Source: Desulfosoma sp. (GTDB lineage: Bacteria > Desulfobacterota > Syntrophobacteria > Syntrophobacterales > DSM-9756). From it: DNA of 64,000 nt. Positions 60,587-64,000 of this stretch are shown here, in pieces. Where the stretch lies: assembly GCA_037481835.1 (NCBI GenBank), contig JBBFKW010000015.1, forward strand, positions 32,001 to 96,000. The letters run 5' to 3'. Positions within the stretch are counted from its first letter, which is position 1. Every line of letters starts with the position of its first letter. Below the pieces are notes generated by a model. The model searched no databases and had not been told where the DNA came from. It was given only the letters and a program-made list of their open reading frames with translations. A program made the translations under genes and the position numbers.

Positions 60587-61927
60587 TCACTCCTCGCCCA
60601 TGTAGTAGTCCAGGCCGAAATGGGTGATCTGTTCTTCGCCCATGAGGTATCTCAAGGTGTTTTTGAGCTTCATGAGCTGGATGAAGAGGTCGTGTTCGGG
60701 ATAGAGGCCTTCCTTGTGCATGGGGCTCTTGAAGTAGAAGGAAAGCCATTCCTGGATGCCCGACATGCCGACGCGCTGGGCCAGGTCCGTAAACAGGACA
60801 AGATCCAGGCACAAGGGGGCGGCCAGGATGCTGTCCCGGCACTGGAAGTCCACCTTGATCTGCATGGGGTAGCCCATCCAGCCGAAAATATCGATGCAGT
60901 CCCAGCCTTCCTTGTTGTCGCCCCGGGGCGGGTAATAGTTGATGGTCACCTTGTGGTAGTAGTTCTTGTAGAGGCTGGGATAGAGTTGAGGCTGGAGGAT
61001 GTATTCCAGAACGGAAAGTTTGCTTTCTTCTTTCGTTTTGAAGGAATCCTTGTCGTCCAGGACCAGGCCGTCCCGGTTGCCGAGAATGTTGGTGGAATAC
61101 CAGCCTTCCAGGCCGAGCATGCGGGCTTTAAGGCCGGGGGCCAGGATGGTTTTCATGAGGGTTTGGCCGGTCTTGAAGTCCTTGCCTGCGATGGGGACCT
61201 TCTTTTCCTTGGCCAGGGTCACCATGGCGGGGATATCCACCGTCAGATTGGGCGCTCCGTTGATGAAGGGAATGCCGCTTTCCAGGGCCGCCAGGGCATA
61301 GATCATGCTCGGGGCGATGCGCGGATCGTTTTTCTTTACGGCGTCCAGGAAGGCGTCCAGGGACTGGTGGGGCTCTTCGGGCTTGAGGTAGACTTCGGTG
61401 CTGCCGCACCAGATCATGACGCAGCGCTCAATCCCCTGATCTTCCTTGAACCGGGCGATGTCTTCCTTGAGGGCTTCCGTGAGGGCCCGCAGATCGGCCC
61501 CCGCCTTGATGTGGTTGCCGTCCAGGTTCTTGACGAAACGGCGGTCGAAGACCGCTTTCATGGGCTGGATGGTTTCGAGAAAGTCGCGAATGGGATCCAG
61601 GTGCTCTCTGCGAAGCACCCTGGCGAACAAGGCGGCGTCGTATCCGTTGGCTTCGTAGATGTCCCAGCCTGCGAAAACGATATCCTCGAGCGAGGCCAAG
61701 GGGACGAAATCCTTGATGCGGGGGACTCGATATTCGTTGCGCTTTCCCAAACGGATGGTGCCCATTTGGGTCAGGGAGCCGATGGGTTCTGCAAGGCCCC
61801 GGCGGACGGCTTCCACGCCGGCGACGAACGTCGTGGCCACGGCTCCTCCGATTCCGGGAATCAAGACTCCAAGTTTCCCACGGGCCGGTGCAATATCCTG
61901 CTTGCGCTTGAGGTCCTTTTCCAGCAC
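60587..61927 (-). CDS. ino1: myo-inositol-1-phosphate synthase
   Basis: GSLTQ, GWDI, GKDFKTGQT, NILGNRDG, YYPPRGDNKE, RDSILAAP, SFYFKSP. Confidence 0.93.
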   Translation of the reverse strand: MLEKDLKRKQDIAPARGKLGVLIPGIGGAVATTFVAGVEAVRRGLAEPIGSLTQMGTIRLGKRNEYRVPRIKDFVPLASLEDIVFAGWDIYEANGYDAALFARVLRREHLDPIRDFLETIQPMKAVFDRRFVKNLDGNHIKAGADLRALTEALKEDIARFKEDQGIERCVMIWCGSTEVYLKPEEPHQSLDAFLDAVKKNDPRIAPSMIYALAALESGIPFINGAPNLTVDIPAMVTLAKEKKVPIAGKDFKTGQTLMKTILAPGLKARMLGLEGWYSTNILGNRDGLVLDDKDSFKTKEESKLSVLEYILQPQLYPSLYKNYYHKVTINYYPPRGDNKEGWDCIDIFGWMGYPMQIKVDFQCRDSILAAPLCLDLVLFTDLAQRVGMSGIQEWLSFYFKSPMHKEGLYPEHDLFIQLMKLKNTLRYLMGEEQITHFGLDYYMGEE

Positions 61928-62063
61928 GGTCGTTCCTCCGTTTGTCCCAAGATGGAAGTCCCCCTAAGGCTCTCGCTTTGCGCCGCCGCCGCACTTTTTT
62001 CGATGTGCGGCGCGGCTTTCCTATAGGCCCGGGGTTGCTAAGGTGTCAAGAAAAAGGCCGCTT

Positions 62064-62639
62064 TCACGGGCCGGTCCCGAGGCCGCCCGTCGTGATGCCT
62101 TCCAGGCGGAGCAGGGCCTTTTTCAGGTCTATCCCTCCGGAATAACCGCCCAGGGACCCGTTTTGACCCACCACTCGATGGCACGGCACGACGATGGCTG
62201 TGGGGTTTTTACCGCACGATTGTCCCACGGCCCGAGCCCCTTTCGGGCATCCCACACTTCGGGCGATGTCCCCGTAGGTCACGGCGGCCCCGTAAGGAAT
62301 TCGGCACAGCTCGCGCCAGACCGCGCGCTGGAAAGGCGTTCCCCCGATCCAGTCCACGGGGACGTCGGGATGTCGTCCTGAACCACGGAGGTAATCCGTC
62401 AACGCTCGCCGGGCCGCTCGGGACACGTCGTTCCCCTCCCAGAGCACGTCATGGCCGGGAAACAGGGCGCGAAAAAAGGGTTCGGCCACGGCCCGCATGT
62501 CGGAAGGCTCAGGGTCTCCCGGCGCGTGGGGAAACCCGGGGCCGAACACGTGACAGGCGCAGAGTCCCTTCGCTGTTGCCCCCGTAATGATCCATCCCCA
62601 TGAAGGCTCATGGAACCCATCGATCCAGATCACGGCCAC
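62064..62639 (-). CDS. ogt: methylated-DNA--protein-cysteine methyltransferase
   Basis: GTPFQRAVW...IPYG...ARAVG...NP...VPCHRVV. Confidence 0.92.
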   Translation of the reverse strand: MAVIWIDGFHEPSWGWIITGATAKGLCACHVFGPGFPHAPGDPEPSDMRAVAEPFFRALFPGHDVLWEGNDVSRAARRALTDYLRGSGRHPDVPVDWIGGTPFQRAVWRELCRIPYGAAVTYGDIARSVGCPKGARAVGQSCGKNPTAIVVPCHRVVGQNGSLGGYSGGIDLKKALLRLEGITTGGLGTGP

Positions 62640-62644
62640 GGCTC

Positions 62645-63298
62645 TTATCCTTCGTCGTCCATGAGAAAGTCGGTGATGTACGGGTTGGTTTCCATCTCCC
62701 GGCCTACCGTCGATGTGGGCTGATCGCCGTAGTCGTGTCCCGGCCAGACGATGGTTTCCGGAGGAAGGCGTGTGATCCTTCGGAGGGATTCCAAGAGCTG
62801 CTCGAAAGAGGCGCCGGGAAGGTCGGTGCGGCCGACGGCGCCCACAAAGAGCGTATCCCCCGTGAAAAGATTTCCGTCGATGAGGATACAGCAGGCGCCG
62901 GGAGTATGGCCCGGGGTGTGGATGAAACGCATCGTGAGGGAACCGAAGGTCAGGGTGTCGCCGTCCTGGACCCGCACATCGGCCGGAGGGCTGATGGGAA
63001 ATCCCATGGCCAGGGCGAAAGCCTGATTTTCCGGCATCTGGAAGAAATCGTCGTCCAAGGCGTGCATCACGATGGAAGCGCCCGTCAGTTCCTTCATGCG
63101 CCGGTTGCCGCACGTGTGATCCGCATGCCCGTGGGTGTTGACAATGTAGCGACAAACGGCTTTATTGGCTCGAAGCAGCGCGGCCAGCTCCTCCTCGTTC
63201 CCCGCGGGATCGATCAAAATCGCCTCCCCCGTCGCTTCATCCATGACGAGGTAGCAGAAGACTTCCATCACGCCGACCGGCTTTTGCACGATTTTCAT
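62645..63298 (-). CDS. MBL-fold hydrolase (glyoxalase II-like)
   Basis: THGHADH, HTPGHTPG, FTGDTLF...GRTDLPG, PGHDYG. Confidence 0.92.
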   Translation of the reverse strand: MKIVQKPVGVMEVFCYLVMDEATGEAILIDPAGNEEELAALLRANKAVCRYIVNTHGHADHTCGNRRMKELTGASIVMHALDDDFFQMPENQAFALAMGFPISPPADVRVQDGDTLTFGSLTMRFIHTPGHTPGACCILIDGNLFTGDTLFVGAVGRTDLPGASFEQLLESLRRITRLPPETIVWPGHDYGDQPTSTVGREMETNPYITDFLMDDEG

Positions 63299-63380
63299 GG
63301 CGCTTCCCCCTTTTGAGATCCATCCGATCCGCTGGTAAACCCGCCGTCGGTTGTCCACAAGCCGTGGAAAGGCTTTTAAA

Positions 63381-64000
63381 ATGGATCAGGATGACCCGAA
63401 TGTCAAAAGATCTCCATCGGCTGCAGCCGAAGGCGAGCGCCCGCACCCGACGGCTTCCCCGGAAAGCCTTTGCGTTCTGGAATGCCTGGTTCCGGCCGGG
63501 GCAAGCGGGGACATCCGCTGTGAAGGCTTGCTGGGGAGCTGGCGCGAACCGCCTTACGCCTATTTTTTCTTCGAAGGCCGTGCGGGAGACAAGGCGACGG
63601 CCTCTGTGGAGGCCATGGGCTTTCGCGTGACGGGCCGCTACGAGTTGGCCTATGAACAGTGGCAGCGCCTGCCGAAGCGCCTCCTGGATGTGGGCCCGTT
63701 TCGGATCGCCTTCGAGCCCATTCAAGAAAAGAGGCCCCCGGACGTTCGCCACGTCATCGTCCTCAATCCCGGCTTGGTCTTCGGCTCAGGCATGCACCCC
63801 ACGACACAGCTGTGCCTGCGCCTCCTCGGCCGGGTTTTTCGCCCCGACGCCATGATGACCGTGGTGGATTTGGGCACGGGAACGGGGGTTCTCGCTCTAG
63901 CGGCGGCTCGGCTGGGAGCCCGCCGGGTCGTGGCCGTGGATGTGAACCCTCTGGCCGTTCGGGAAGCCGCGGCCAATGTTCGGCAAAACGGCCTGTCGGG
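63381..64000 (+). CDS. prmA: PrmA-like ribosomal protein L11 methyltransferase, partial (runs off window; not in ORF track)
   Basis: My translation includes [19 protein letters not shown]...[14 protein letters not shown]...AVDVNPLAV. Confidence 0.8.
   Translation, partial: MDQDDPNVKRSPSAAAEGERPHPTASPESLCVLECLVPAGASGDIRCEGLLGSWREPPYAYFFFEGRAGDKATASVEAMGFRVTGRYELAYEQWQRLPKRLLDVGPFRIAFEPIQEKRPPDVRHVIVLNPGLVFGSGMHPTTQLCLRLLGRVFRPDAMMTVVDLGTGTGVLALAAARLGARRVVAVDVNPLAVREAAANVRQNGLS

Overview
GC-rich chromosomal segment, inferred from gene content to come from an anaerobic Desulfobacterota (Syntrophobacterales-like) bacterium. It carries about 60 CDSs. I saw no rRNA, tRNA, CRISPR array or intact transposase. 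Blocks in order: nucleotide-sugar genes; a signal-peptide Fe/Mn SOD; a GlnD homologue that has lost its uridylyltransferase aspartates; a B12-dependent acyl-CoA mutase operon with isobutyryl-CoA-mutase specificity residues, divergent from a solute symporter, a probable heterodimeric class III CoA-transferase, a DUF294 nucleotidyltransferase and a DEDDh exonuclease; an amino acid ABC transporter; a core (folate-independent type) methionine synthase; stress genes (hcp, two hsp20, katG-perR, USP, Isf, cpxPRA); tandem ADP-forming acyl-CoA synthetases; a Get3/ArsA-alpha-crystallin ATPase; cobamide biosynthesis genes; ino1, ogt and prmA. Intergenic DNA contains nested miniature repeats: CTAG-bounded MITE-like units that overlap stop codons and carry different palindromic cargoes, plus GTAG-type REPs. 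Several features are missing from the ORF track: one of two paralogous ~58-aa Cys proteins, and remnants of HicA, PIN-toxin and SDR genes. All functional calls come from motif recognition, not database searches.
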